Source of the DNA: Chrysomallon squamiferum
Taxonomy: Eukaryota; Animalia; Mollusca
NCBI GenBank assembly: GCA_012295275.1
Contig: CM022678.1
Coordinates: 10,726,001 to 10,790,000, forward strand
Direction of reading: 5' to 3'
DNA length: 64,000 bases
Positions 40,021 through 54,498 of the stretch are shown here, piece after piece. Position 1 is the first letter of the stretch. Each line of letters begins with the position of its first letter. A program made the position numbers and the translations under genes. The notes beneath the pieces were generated by a model. That model had not been told where the DNA came from and searched no databases. It worked only from the letters and a program-made list of their open reading frames with translations.

Positions 40021-40690
40021 AACTTATACTACCATTACTACTACTGCTACTACTATTACTACTACTACTATTTCTAATACTACTACTATTACTACTACTT
40101 CTACTACTACTATTACTACTACTACTACTGTTACTTCTATTACACACGCACACACGTGTATTAAACCACTGTTTTATTATTCTGCTTTTTTCTTCTTCTT
40201 CTGTCTTATTGCTAATATTATTATCATCATTATTATTATAACTATTATTATTTAATACTACTATTACTACTACTACTATTACTACTACTATTGCTACTAC
40301 TATTACTACTACTACTACTATTACTACTACACTACTACAATTTATACCACCATTACTACTACTGCTACTACTATTACTTACTACTACCACTACAATACTA
40401 CTACTATTTACTACTACTTACTACTTTACTATTACTACCACTACTATTTACTACTACTACTATTACTACTACTACTACTTCTACTACTACTACTACTACT
40501 ACTACTATTACTACTACTGCCACTATTACTACTACTTTACTACTACTACTACTACTACTACTTATTACTACTATTACACACGCACACACGTGTATTAAAC
40601 CACTGTTTTTATTATTCATTTCTTCTTCTGTCTTATTGCTACTATTATTATTATTATTAACCTACTTATTAATATGATTATTACTACTAT

Positions 40691-40750
<60 letters not shown>

Positions 40751-40921
40751 TACTACTATTACTACTATTACACACGCACACGTGAATTAAACTACTGTTT
40801 TATTATTCGCTTTTCTTCTTCTTCGTCTTATTGCTAATATTATTATTATCATTATTATAACTATTATTATTAATATGATTATTACTACTATTACTACTAC
40901 TATTACTGTTATTACTACTAT

Positions 40922-40987
<66 letters not shown>

Positions 40988-41050
40988 CACTTCTACTACT
41001 GCCACTATTATTAGTATTATCATTATTTCTATTATTATTATTATTAATGA
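39545..41050. repeat. Compound (TAC/TAT)n array with ~5 higher-order units
   Basis: Anchor acacacgcacacacgtgtattaaac(t/c)actgtttt...ttcttcttc recurs at about 39545, 39830, 40140, 40575 and 40770. Confidence 0.85.
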
Positions 41051-41597
41051 GATTGTTGTACAGGAATACTAATATCATATAGGAAAATGCACAAAAAAAA
41101 AAAAAAAAAAAAAAGAAAAAAAACAATAATCTATTCCAAGATAGATACACAGAGGTGTATACGTAATAGATATACAGACACAGAAGATATACTTCTATAG
41201 ACACACACGCTAATAACGCATACAGAAGAAAACACACAAAGTTTGCCTACATAGATACAAACAGATATAAAAACAGAATGAACATATAAAGCACACACAA
41301 TGTTTACTTAAATAGGCAATAATAGTTCCACACATAAAATGAAGATAAATATACATACAAAGTATACTTATATAGATATATATACTATCATACAAATAGT
41401 ATGGAGAAAAACATATAAAACACAACAAAGTGTACTTCTATAGATACATACACAGTGATGCACATATTGCATATAAAATATAAAACAAGATAAAAGACAA
41501 ATAAAAAACAAAAAACGCACAAAGTATGTTACATGGGTACACACACATTGATACATGTAATGTATAGAACACGCACCAACTATACTTTAATTCTGAT

Positions 41598-41875
41598 TTA
41601 AAACCAATAGCAAGTAGTCACGCCAGTTTTGTTAAAAATACAGATGATTTTTTTTATCTAAAATATCTAAAACAAAAATACCACCAAACTCCTTTTTAGT
41701 CACCCTGGATACTGATCGTGAAAATGTAACGAGAGGTGAAATAATTTTCCCAGTAATTTACAATCGCCGCAATGCTGACGTTGGTACAATTATGAAGGAG
41801 CAATATTTTAACATACAGACTACTATGAAAAATCCACTAACAGCACGTCCCGTCATAGCTTACAGAAAAAACATT
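41598..41875 (+). mobile_element. Penelope-like retroelement relic, internally deleted (copy 1)
   Basis: LKPIASSHASFVKNTDDF/SKISKTKIPPNSFLVTLD (PLE RT motif leading to the first catalytic Asp) fused to FPVIYNRRNADVGTIMKEQYFNIQ...RPVIAYRKN (resembles the PLE linker before GIY-YIG). Confidence 0.65.
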
Positions 41876-42294
41876 TCAGTCTCTACGCGATTTTCGGAAT
41901 AATACGGGGTTTGTGAGGTCGTGATTGAACTTACATAATCAGACGTACATAAGACAGATAATTTTCATTGCTTTAATTTACACAATTACAAAATAGAATT
42001 AAGTTGTAGATTTGGTTTGTTTACCATCCCCAAATGCTGTACATAAACACAGTTGGAAATATGACAGTTTCTGAAATGTTTTATTAGGAATAAACAGCTG
42101 TGATATCTGAGGAAGAAACAACGCTGATATTAGAAGAAATTTCTGCATTCTCTGTTTTTTCACCTATAGGAAAATAATATAATGATTTTTATTACAGAAG
42201 AAAGAAACAAAATGTGTTATTTAACTCATTTTATTCACTGTTAGTGGGGTTAGATGTATTGTTAAGGAACATTCAAATAATAAAAGAAGAAACC

Positions 42295-42506
42295 CACTGC
42301 TGTCACTTAACGGTTTACTCTTTCTTATTAACAAGTGATATTTCATTTACACCTACCCACAGACAGTACATACTATTTCATACATCAGTTGATGAACACT
42401 GCTGTCACTTAACGGTTTACTCTTTCTTATTAACAAGTGATATTTCATCTACACCTACCCACAGACAGTACATACTATTTCATACATCAGTTGATGAGCA
42501 CTGCTG
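42295..42506. repeat. 102-bp tandem duplication (2 units)
   Basis: cactgctgtcacttaacggtttactctttc...catacatcagttgatga occurs twice. Confidence 0.9.
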
Positions 42507-42790
42507 AAATGTAAACAGCTCAAAATTCTATCAGACAGCATTGATCCAAATATCTACAGAGACCTCCATCTAGTACCTTGTATTACTATTAGTATTGCCT
42601 AATGGACTGTATTCTCAACTCTTGTTCTGTAAATCTATTCATAAAATACTTTTAAAAAGTTATCAAATAAAAAAGGTTTTATTAAATGTCCTAACTTTTT
42701 AACTCGAGGTGTTTGATTATGTTATTTAGAAATACTCATGAAAACACAATTCTCACAATTTTGTGACATAAAAAAACTTAATTAGTCTTA

Positions 42791-44420
42791 CCTCATTTTG
42801 GATTTGTTCTTTTCCATCTTTTTAGGGCTGTGATGGGCTGACTGGGGCAGGTTCTGGCTGTGTTTCTCAGTTGTTCTGCTGCTTTGTTGAGTAGACATAG
42901 TCAACCTGAATCACACGTAGATTTACTTAATGCTATTTCAAATGTTTCTAAACATTACAGATACACATTGTAAAAATCAATGGAACAGTTGTCTCAAATC
43001 ACTGGAACTGAACTAAACCTGTGCAGTGTAACCAGAGTCAATGAAACTTACTGCACTGCCATTAATTTAGGTTTCAGGATATCAACTTTCCATTTAACAC
43101 ATTTTTCATACTGAAAACACATGTTGATCAGTCTGCATACACAAAGGAAAGAGAAAAACAAATTCTAAACACTTAATAACGTGGGTAAAATCATGTCAAC
43201 TGAATTCAGTTAAATAAGTGATAGACAGGTTTGTCTTATTGAAAGTCGATTCACACTTTGATGTTTGATTTTCAAATGTCCTGTTGTTTCGTTGAAAACC
43301 AGTCACAGTTTCAAATAATAATGTTTAAAGCATGTAGAACAATTGTATTTGAGTTCTATCATTAAGGATTTATGCTAGTAATTTCAGAATAAGTTACACT
43401 CAGTTGTCTTACTAAATTAGTTCACTGTTACAGGCCAGTGTCTCTCACGTATCCATGTTTTTCTTAAGCTGCAACATGCTCAACTATCCATATGATTTTT
43501 AACTCTAGCTCAATCATTCAGTGTGACATAGACACAAAGATAATAGGACTGCATTCAACAGTTATTCCTCAAACAAACAGGACATCAGCTTGACAACTAC
43601 TGCAGTCATCAGTCGATTTGTTACCTCCAATAGGCAACATCCAAAACAGTGTTTTGAATCCATTGCAGCCTGTATGGGATGTCAGTGAGGGTTTTATACA
43701 CACAGTGGAATGTAATCAGGTTACAACTGGGAACAGGATCAGTTGACCATTTGACAAATACAACTTTTAACAGGAGGGATGAGTTGGATGTTGGAGGTTG
43801 AATGTTTACTTGTCATTGAATCTTTATCTACAGATGTAATCTAGAGACTCAAAGTAACATTTTTTCTCTGAAACAGATTTCTTAAACTGTTTCATGAACT
43901 CTGGAGCTCCACACTTTGGAATGATATTTTTAGTGTTAAGTAGTACTTGATAATTATGTGACAATACTGTTATTAAAAGAAAATCCTATATCCAATACTG
44001 GGATGCTTAACATTTTTTTCATGTGTATATTATATTTTCCCTCTCCTGTGTTCTCCTCTGTTTGTTTTGTTTTTTTGTTTCTTTTAGTATCTTTACTCAT
44101 ATTTATTTGTATTCAGTTTAATTTTTAATTTTTGGAATAATAGTGCATAAACAAGTATAATATTTTATATCAGAGTGACAAGACTGTTATATCTGTTAAA
44201 TAAATATAGTAAAATTATTCTTCTCTGTTGTGTCTGCTTGTGTAAACAAACTTTGAGAATTTGTAGACTTCACCGTTCAATAATCTGCTACATTCTTCAT
44301 TCCAAATCTTCATCACTTCATCATTTCATGTTAATCTGCAGACACAGTTCATCTGTGTTTGAATCTGTCATCTTGACAAACCACCAGCACAATAGTGACA
44401 TATGTAAATAGCACAACATT
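42791..44420 (-). pseudogene. Unidentified degenerate coding/exon-like blocks (42791-42905, ~43430-43930, ~44265-44410)
   Basis: 42791-42905 is ttcAG...GTAAG bounded and reads VDYVYSTKQQNN*ETQPEPAPVSPSQP*KDGKEQIQNE. The other blocks are coding-like with stops. Confidence 0.4.
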
Positions 44421-44489
44421 CAACAATATCATACTTGTACAAAGACTTTTTTATTTACTATTTGTTTTTTAAAGATGATTTCTCCACAC

Positions 44490-44520
<31 letters not shown>

Positions 44521-45499
44521 ATGAAAAAAAAAATGTTTCAAAGTCATTTCATGCAGTTAAACATTATTCTACAGTAATTAAAATAACTAATGATTGTGTT
44601 TGAACATATATTCCTTCATTTGATGTAAATGTACTTTCAAAATAATAATAGTCGTGATTCTGTTGTGTTTTAAATTGTTTGATAGTTGTTTCCTCGGTGA
44701 GCATTAGTCCACAGTAAATATAATAATCTGTGACTTAACACACAGCTCCACTGTCAAGACAAAATGAGTAAAAAAATACTGTATTTATGCTTCAAAATGT
44801 TTGGTTGAAAGTCAGTGTCACCTAACTGGGGTTACTTGTTTACATAAAACTTGCTGATTAAATATTTGAAGAAACTGAAGTTAAAAATATTCACTGACTG
44901 AAAATATAAAACTTTTTTCTTTTTTTAAGTGAATGACAAGTGACACAGTAATTTTTGTTGGGAAAATAAAGAAACCAACATTCATCCAAATTTCCACTTA
45001 GAAACTATTCAGTAAGTCCTGTTACTTAATTTTTTAAATGCAGATAAATAAAATAAATAAATAAATAAAATCTTTGGTAACTATGGTAAAAATTAATTTT
45101 ATTTAACATTAACTGTTTGTAATATGAAACTGACAAAAATGAAACTGAAGTCAGTGTGTGTGATATTTTTATGTAAAGGTTGAAAACTGCTAAAGAAATG
45201 TTTGTAAGTAGCAAACTACAACAACAGTGAAAAGTTATTTTTAGTAAAACCTGAACCTAACCTGAGACTTGATTTGACAACTAAAGTTGTATTAGTTTTA
45301 TATTGCACATTGTACACTTATAATATTAAATTAAATACAATAAGCATAAAGATTCATTTCATTTCAAAATACTACATAATACAATTTCCTTTTCTTTCTC
45401 AAGAAAAACGATGTTTAGTCAACACAAGCCATAAACAATTGAAGAGCTAACTTCATTCTAAACATATATAATTATTATTAAATTTTATACATTCTTCTC

Positions 45500-45790
45500 T
45501 GAACTGTAATCTACAGTTTAGAGAATAAAGTCACTGTCATTGTTACTGTTAATTAGGTGTGCACTGTAATCTACAGTTTAGAGAATAAAGTCACTGTCAT
45601 TGTTACTGTTAATTAGGTGTGTACTGTAATCTACAGTTTAGAGAATAAAGTCACTATCACTGTTACTATTAATTAGGTATGTAGTGTAATCTACAGTTTA
45701 GAGAATAAAGTCATTGTTACTGTTAATTAGGTGTGTACTGTAATCTACAGTTTAGAGAATAAAGTCACTCATTGTTACTGTTAATTATAA
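45500..45790. repeat. ~60-bp minisatellite, 5 units
   Basis: actgtaatctacagtttagagaataaagtcactgtcattgttactgttaattaggtgtg repeated. Confidence 0.95.
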
Positions 45791-46042
45791 ATGTTTAAGT
45801 GAACAGTCAGTTAACATTGACAAGACTGATTTATATCTATCATTAATTACTTCTATAATTTGTTTTAGTTTATTTAATTTTTCATATTGTAAAAAAGTCA
45901 TTGTCATTTTTGAACTGATGCTGTTTTTAATACATTTTTCACATTTATATTAATATGAGCTAAATAAAAAAGCAGAAATGAAGGAAGAAAAAGAAAAAAG
46001 AAAAAGAAAATTTTTAAAAATAATAAATTACTTTTGTTTCAG

Positions 46043-46723
46043 AATTTGAGAATGTAACAGTCAGGGTTTGATATGGGAACAGATTCGTCAGAATGTTGAA
46101 GGCAGTTTATGTCACTATGGTTACTACTGAAAAAAGACCCCCCAAAAAGTTTGAGAAAGGTTAACATTTTTTTCTCTAAACTACCTATCAAAGCAAAAAG
46201 TGCAAGGAGTGACTGTCTTGTCTCAGATGATAATTTCACAAATAGCTGAGTTTACAGTAGTAACATTTACAAAAGTATTATTATATTAATTAAGTAAAGC
46301 TAATACCAGTTTTCTCAATACAGTTTCAGATCCATGTCAGTGTTACTCTCATCTCAGCTGCAGCCATTACTGCACCAATGTGAACAAACAGGACTTTACA
46401 GTTGTAACTTTGGATACAAACTAGCAACAGGTACAACTCATGTGTTGTGAGTACAGAATATTGCTTTATACGTTAACTAGAAAAAAGTCCTTGGTTTATT
46501 AACATTTACTAATCTTTTCTGTTGTACCTTTACTTTCAGTCTTTTCTTTATTTCTTTTTATTAAAGTTTTATTTCTTTTTATCCTTTAAATGCATATGCA
46601 CGTGTACATTTATGTATTAAAACATGAGGCTGTAATTGTATTCAGTATAAATGCAGAAAAGAAAATGAAAATTTGAACAATATTATACTAAGTCATTTGA
46701 AATATATTATCATTATTTTATTA

Positions 46724-46784
<61 letters not shown>

Positions 46785-49700
46785 GTGTAGATATAAATGA
46801 GTGTACATCAACTGAGGTCAGTATTACTAAGTATACTGATATTTGTACTAACAGAATCAGTGGATTCACTTGTTCCTGTCTGGCTGGGAAGAAACTAGAA
46901 AATGACCAGACAACATGCGTTAGTAAGCAGAATTTCTCATTACAAAATACAATAATGTAAAAATAAATTTTTAAATATTTTAAAAACATATTTATATTTT
47001 CGAATCTGAAGCAACTTATTCTGTAAAATTAGAAATTTTCATCATATTTAGATTACACTTTTAATTTAATTTTATAAATTTTGTTTTATAATAAATACTA
47101 ACACAAAAATTTGATTTTAATTTAATTTATTTATTATTAAATTGGATTTTATTTTTCTCTCTCAGAGCATTGTCAGTGTAAAGCTGGCTGGGTGGTGTGT
47201 GATGTGAAAACAACAGAGATGAATGTAGTGTTTCAACAGTTTCATGTCAAGCAAACAGCAACTGAAAAAACCTGCCAGTCTCCTATCATTTGAGTGTAAG
47301 ACAGGATATCACAACTTGTCAGATGAATGTATAGGTGAGTAGGGTATACTTAATAAATAGTTGATTTACTGAACATTAAAAATATTTTGGTAACAAGTTG
47401 AAACTATAACATTTTACTTAATAAACAGTTATATGTTAGAAATAATTTCTATAATTTAATAAATAGTTATATGTAACAAATAATTTCTTATTATTTATGA
47501 AATATTTATATGTTATAAATGATTTCTTATTACTTAATAAATAGTTATAGTCTAAAAAATAGTTAAAAGATACAAATGATTGATGAATTTTGTACATATT
47601 TTTGTGATTTTAATTACCAAAGAAAACAGAATGGATGTTTTAAAACTGAAAAATTACATAGTTAATTAATACCTCAGTCACAAAATTAACTTTTTCTGCA
47701 TTAAAATGTAATAAATAAATATAATAATAAAAATATCATTTTATACTTGTTAATAATGTTTTAATCAAAATCAGGTTTCAGTGACTAAGAAATTAACACT
47801 CTTAAAAACAACAACAAAAAGAAACAAAACAAACCCTGTTTGGTATGAGCTAACTTTATTTTTGCAGTTTGAGTCACATTAATTTTTAGGAACATTACCA
47901 ATAAAAGTAATTAAAGATAAAAATAAAAATCATGTTTTACAACTGATAATTAAACTATTATTAAACAGATATTTATTAACTCATTCATTCATCCATTCAC
48001 TCTTTACCTTCCTCACCTTCATCATTCATTCATTCATGTAAAAGATCATTTTTTTAAATTGTTCAATGAGTGTTTGTTATCATTCTTGTACTAAACTGAG
48101 AAAAGCTACATTTGTTCTTGTCACAGTGGTTACAAATTATAAAATATTTTAATTTTATTTTAATTGTGACAAAATGTGATAAAATTATAAACTATTTTAT
48201 TTTGATTTGTACCAGAATGTGATAAATTTCTAAATTATTTAGTTGTGACAAAATATAATAAAGTTATAAAAATATTTTATGTTCAGTTGTGACAGTGCTG
48301 CAGTGAACAGTTCGTGTGAACAGGGCTGCAGGGTGAATGACACAGTGGAGCAGTGTTTGTGTAGAAATGTTTACCTTGAATTCAGACAACAAAACATGCT
48401 CAGGTGAGTCAGTTCTATCTGGTTCTCAGGTTAAATTGTTCACTTCAAGCATTCTTAGTTTATTCATATTTCAAGTTTAAGTGTTATCTCTTTGAATCTG
48501 AATGGCCAGCATTTCTACCATTATCTGTTGTGGTTTTTTTCATTATTAATAATGTCATGCTCATTATATATTCAGCAATCAGTTTGCAACTTATGTATGC
48601 ATTAGTAGCTTTTGTGCTAGTCAAACAGTTAAGTTAAAGTTCTCTTTTCTGGAATTAAGATAAATTTCAAAGCAGTTAATAGTATTTCAGAAACTTGTCA
48701 AGGTCTATGAATAATTTTTATTTTTATTAATAATAATTATATCAAACCTGACTAATTTTATAAACTGCTCAAAACCTCTCAGAGTCTATGAATTTTAAAT
48801 TTCAGTTAATCCATATATTTCTTATAAATAATTTCTGTATAAATGATATTTCAGTAATTTCAGAAACTTGTCAAAAGTTTAATTGTTTTTAATGATTTGT
48901 CTGTTTCTCTCTTTCAGATACAAATGAATGTATTGAAAAATATTATCACATGTACCTGTATGGATGTTTATAAATGGGAAACTGACAAAATTATTTGTAG
49001 AGGTATATATAAATATTAATACATCACACACACAACAACCTATGCACATGCAAAGATTCACACACATTAAAACATGCACACACAAAGCTCCATATACATA
49101 CATATACAGTGAATTGAATTAAATCAAATACAGTGAAATCAGTGAAATGAAATTAAATGAAATGAATAAAATGCTGTGCTGTGCAGCGAAATACAATACA
49201 ATACAGTAAATGAAATGAATGAACTGTACTGAAATAAATGAAATTAAATTAACTTAACTAATGATAAAATACAATAAAATTAATGAAATAAAATGAAATA
49301 AAATACAATGAAATGAATAAAATGATTCACCGTGAAATGAAATGAAATGCAATACAATGCTAAACTAAACTAAACTGATTAGGACCATGGAATAAATGGC
49401 TTTTTAACAGTAAGTAAAAAATCATGAAAATAATTAAGTGATATGGTCAATTGCATAATATTGTTTATACAACTTTGAATATTATTTTAATTTTAATAAA
49501 AATGTTGTTTTTGTTTGTGTTTTTTTTCAGGTTTCTTTATAATAAGCTTGTTTTGAGAATGAAAGAAAATGTGAGAAGTGACACTGATTCTAAGTGACTT
49601 GTGTTTATCTCCAAGTTCTTCGCGTTTTCTCACTTTAATGAACAAACTAAACAGAAGAAACAGCAGAAGATAAAACCACAACAAATATGAAGAACTGAAC

Positions 49701-49930
49701 ACTTGAAGAATATTGCCAATTTCTAGAAAGTTCCACACCAAAAGTAATATTTTAAAAACAGTTACTTGTTACATGGATAGAATTTATAAATCTGTGAAAC
49801 TGTGATTTCAGATTCAAAGTGTCATTCATGCAAGATACAGTCAGACATAGACCAGTGGACAGAATGTTTGGACCAGACAGTCAAGTGTGTAAAAAGAAAA
49901 TATTTAAAAAAATGTCTGATGTAGAAATCC
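46043..49930 (+). pseudogene. cbEGF-repeat gene relic plus unrelated exon relics, copy 2
   Basis: EGF exons 46330-46446, 46791-46922 (DINECTSTEVSITKYTDICTNRISGFTCSCLAGKKLENDQTTCV), 47166-47334, 48287-48403 and 48918-49002. Frameshifts are shared with copy 1. Confidence 0.8.
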
Positions 49931-50625
49931 TTGATTTACTGTTTTAAAAAACTAAAAATTGTATAGCTCAAGGGAGATAACTTTATTATTATTATTATTT
50001 TTTATTAAAGTACTGGTAAAGATTTATGAAAATGTTTTTTAATAAAACATAAAATGGAAGAAGATCTGTTGTTTGGAAGATATTTTCTTAATGATACATC
50101 TTATTCCATGTTTTTCTAAATTTTTAATTCAGGATTTTGTTGAGAATTTTCTGGTAGAAGGTAACAAAAATAACAATAGCATAAGTAATTGAGGGAGTAC
50201 TGTAATAATGGTACTATTATTCATTTGTTTGGTGTGTACATATTTAGAAAACACCATAAAAACTTTTTATTTATATAGTTTTGAAATAATAGTACAAATA
50301 ATAGATGTGATTGTGGAAGTAGTGATACAGATAATGTTACACTCTTCATAGATGAAATAACAAGCAAAGTAATAGATGAATAGTAGCACTTAGTAACATT
50401 ATTAATAGTAGTAGTAATATAAATAATAGTTGCAATAGTAATAATAGTAAGAGGTAATGAAAATAATTGCATAAGTAATTGAGGGAGTACTGTAATACTG
50501 GTTCTATTATTAATTTTTTTGATATGTACATATTCAGGGAATACTATAAACATTGCGTAGAAATATATAATGTGGGTGTTTTCTGTTGCTGAATATAATG
50601 ATCAGTACATTTCAGATTTGTTTCA

Positions 50626-50665
<40 letters not shown>

Positions 50666-51550
50666 AAATAGATTTTAAGGATGCTTTAGCATTATAATGG
50701 AGTTAGTACATAGCAGTACATGTCAGTCCTATTTGAGGATCAAATCAGGGTAGAAAATCTTTATTTTTAACAATAGAGTTTGAATATACATCTATGTGTA
50801 TGTGTGTGTGTGTGTGTGTGTAAGTGTGTGTGTAAATATATATATATGTGTGTATATATATAGAAAAGAGAGAGAGAGAGATAAATAGTTAAAGTCTAAG
50901 ACATTATCTTGTTTCAAAATAATTATCTCTCAGTTAAATTCAACAACAATAAAAAGTCTGGGGGAGGATTGGCTAAGAGTAGGTTTACAGTTAGATTTAA
51001 GACTTAGTAAGATTTATAAACAATTTTTTATTTTTATTATTATTATTTATTTTTATTATTTCTATATTTTTTTTTTTTTTTTTTTTTTTTTTCTATTATA
51101 TACAGTCTGGACTGATAACATATCACATTTTCTCAGTCGTATCAAAAGAATTTTAGAATGTCCGATACAGCAGGAACACATGCATGAGCATGTATCAGAA
51201 CATCAGAGGAGGGGAGATAATCGAAAATTTATCAGCTAAAGGAAATAATCACCATAATATGGGGTTAGGTTCAAACGTCGAAAAGCTAAAAGAAAACGAG
51301 AATTTTATGGTAGCAGATATTCAAGGTTGCCTTTGTTATAGATTAAAAACGGATGTCTTTGAAACTGTTTTCAATGGATACATTTCTCTTCTAATACTAG
51401 CTGTAGATAATCTTAATAAAGTAATAATGTTTATATGTGGATAACCTTAACATTGTGAAGTCTATATATAAAACAGAAAATATAAATCAACTATAAACGC
51501 TAGAAAAAACTCTGTGTGTGTGTGTGTGTTAGTAATTATAATAAGTAAAT

Positions 51551-51728
51551 AAACTTCGGTTTTTGTATAGAAAACATAGAAAGTTTTAAACTTTTAGAAT
51601 TAAGATAATTACCTATGACGAGTTTTACGTAACAAACATAAACTTCGGTTTTTGTATAGAAAACATAGAAAGTTTTAAACTTTTAGAATTAAGATAATTA
51701 CCTATGACGAGTTTTACGTAACAAACAA
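51551..51728. repeat. 89-bp tandem duplication
   Basis: aaacttcggtttttgtatagaaaacatag...gagttttacgtaacaaac starts at 51551 and 51640. Confidence 0.9.
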
Positions 51729-52407
51729 AACTTTAAAATTTGTCAGTCTAGGCTGGCTTCTTTTGCTCTTTGAATTCTATGTTTTCATTGACATCTTCAG
51801 AAATTTAATAATTTGTAATCTTTGCCCAGTCCGGTGGGCCCTTTTATGAAATGGAGGTAACTGGACCTCGAAATTCTGATCTTGTTTTGATAAGCGTTTG
51901 ACAGCGGGTTAGGCTTAGATTTATTCTGACGTGTTGAGAAATGTTGCAGGTGTAATCTGTGTTATTAAAGGTGTATATGTTTCAAAAACGCGCGCGCCCG
52001 CAACTTAATAGTTTTATCATTATTCTGCTCTTAATAGGCTTCAGTTGACTGATTCCGTTTTTTAAATTAGCTTTCCCAAAACCCGTAAAGAATATTTTTT
52101 TTTTTATTATTTTTTTTTTTTTTTTATATTACTATAAAATATGTTTCCAAATTAAACTTAAGCTAGTGGATGAGTGTAGTATTATGCCATCACGATAATC
52201 AGTTTGAATTTACTAATCCCTCTCATTGTGTTTTAAACGGACCCTTTGATGATGATAACGAGCACGCCAGACATTGTCACGCGGTGGTTCTGAGTCATGT
52301 GATCAGCTGATTGTTGTCGTTCAGCCAGGATAGAAAAAAATGTTTCTTATCAATATCAGGTGCGTGCTGAGTTAAGTTCTGGCTACGTGCGCTTACTGTT
52401 GTGTACT

Positions 52408-52874
52408 GAGAGCCGGCGCCAGACTGTCTGGCGTCCCAGGCAAGGTTAGATTCGGTCACCCCCAGGAACATATCAATTTCAAACTTTTAAAACATTTATT
52501 TTCAACATCCTATGCGATCTCTAGAGGGAAGATTTTTCTGTTACCGACATTTAAATATCCCACACAGGCCAGTTCTTTCCTTGCTTATACCATTAAAATA
52601 AGGTGCACCGCTTTCAGTTTGATTCTGCCACAAAGTGAAGATTTCGTATACGCGTGATTCTATGGAAAAACTCGTGGCCTGCAAACCTAATTACGTTTTG
52701 AAAATTTGATGTACACACGATTTTCACTCTCTTATTTTGTTTGTTTCGGTCAGACTGAATCTACCCGATTATTTGTCCCTGTATAAAATAAATCAGGATG
52801 AAAAGCGACCGTCAATAAAAATTAAATTTATTTATTTTTCAAAACTGTTTGCCTGTATGATAGCGCCAACCCTT
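52408..52874. mobile_element. hAT-type MITE (467 bp) with 8-bp target-site duplication
   Basis: TGTGTACT at 52400-52407 and 52875-52882. Imperfect TIRs gagagccggcgcca / tagcgccaaccctt (9 of 14 match). Absent from the paralogous site near 30250-30265. Confidence 0.75.
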
Positions 52875-53511
52875 TGTGTACTTACTATATCTCATTTTAC
52901 CATTAACTGTTTGTTTTTTGTTTTATTAAAGATATTCAGGATATAAGTTTGATAAAAATCACAAACACGGTGGATTGACCGGAACAGAATAAACATCATC
53001 TGCTAATGTATGTTTCCATTTTATCTTGCGTAATGAATTTTGTTATTATTATTATTATTTTTATTTTTTTTAAAGATATACTGACTGTACAACAACAACA
53101 TCTACTACTGCTCCTAATACTAATACTATTACTATCATTATCACCAAACACATGCTACGACTAATATTAATAACAGATTTGTTAATTACGTGTTTTTTTT
53201 TGTTTTTATTATTATTATTTGTTTTGATTTACTTTTGTACTTCATTCCTTTTTGTCTGTAACTGAATTAATTTGTAATATATTTTTGACTGCGTATATTC
53301 AAAACGTGACAAAGTCAAGTGTGTTTCGCCTCGGTAAACAAATAGAATGTTAAACTGAACAAGTTGGGTATGAAGATTGTCGTGTCAGTGTGTACACAAA
53401 GCTAAATGCCAACTTGTTTTTATGTCTAATAGTTGTTACATTTTATTTTTATTTTAAGCAGATCCAGTATCATCCAGTTCGTCATTCTATTTCAGACATG
53501 ATTTATTTTTC

Positions 53512-53558
<47 letters not shown>

Positions 53559-53666
53559 TTAAAACAATTTTTTTTTTTTATTATGTTATTAGTGCTGGTT
53601 AATGATATCAGAAACCGGATTCGAGCAAGTTTATTATTCAAATTTAAAAATAAATAAATAATGCTC

Positions 53667-53778
<112 letters not shown>

Positions 53779-53955
53779 TCGATATTTTTATTGACATCTT
53801 GAGTAATTTAATAATTTCTTACATGAAAAGGGTCTCCCTTATATCTTTTATTATTTGTAATTTAGTATTTGCATGGACTGAACTATTGGTAAATATTCCA
53901 TTTTTATATTATAATTTGTTATAACAAGCACACATACACAGATATGTAGGTGTAT

Positions 53956-54054
<99 letters not shown>

Positions 54055-54142
54055 ATTACAGTTACTAAAATAATAAAATGTATTCAATTTGCAAATGTTA
54101 CAATTACACTTCTAGTTTGGGTATATTTGTGATAATGTATCA

Positions 54143-54272
54143 TTTTTAATAAACATTATTTCTGATAACTTTTAAAAAACATTATTAGAGATAATGTACT
54201 ACTTTTAATAAACATTATTTCTGATAACTTTTAAAAAACATTATTAGAGATAATGTACTACTTTTAATAAAC
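54143..54272. repeat. ~60-bp tandem duplication
   Basis: ttttaataaacattatttctgataacttttaaaaaacattattagagataatgtactac occurs twice. Confidence 0.85.
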
Positions 54273-54365
54273 GTGACACTTAAACGATCTGCACCTGAAT
54301 GAACATGACATTGTCAAACAATTAAGAATTGTTCTCTTATTCAGGCATGGAAACAAAAAGTATAT

Positions 54366-54498
<133 letters not shown>

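Noticed and set aside
39581-41237. Poly-T/S/V/L ORFs resembling mucins or membrane proteins
   Set aside because: (TAC/TAT)n microsatellite translations; no splice or codon evidence.
45500-45790. Regular repeats as a possible CRISPR array
   Set aside because: Contiguous minisatellite without spacers.
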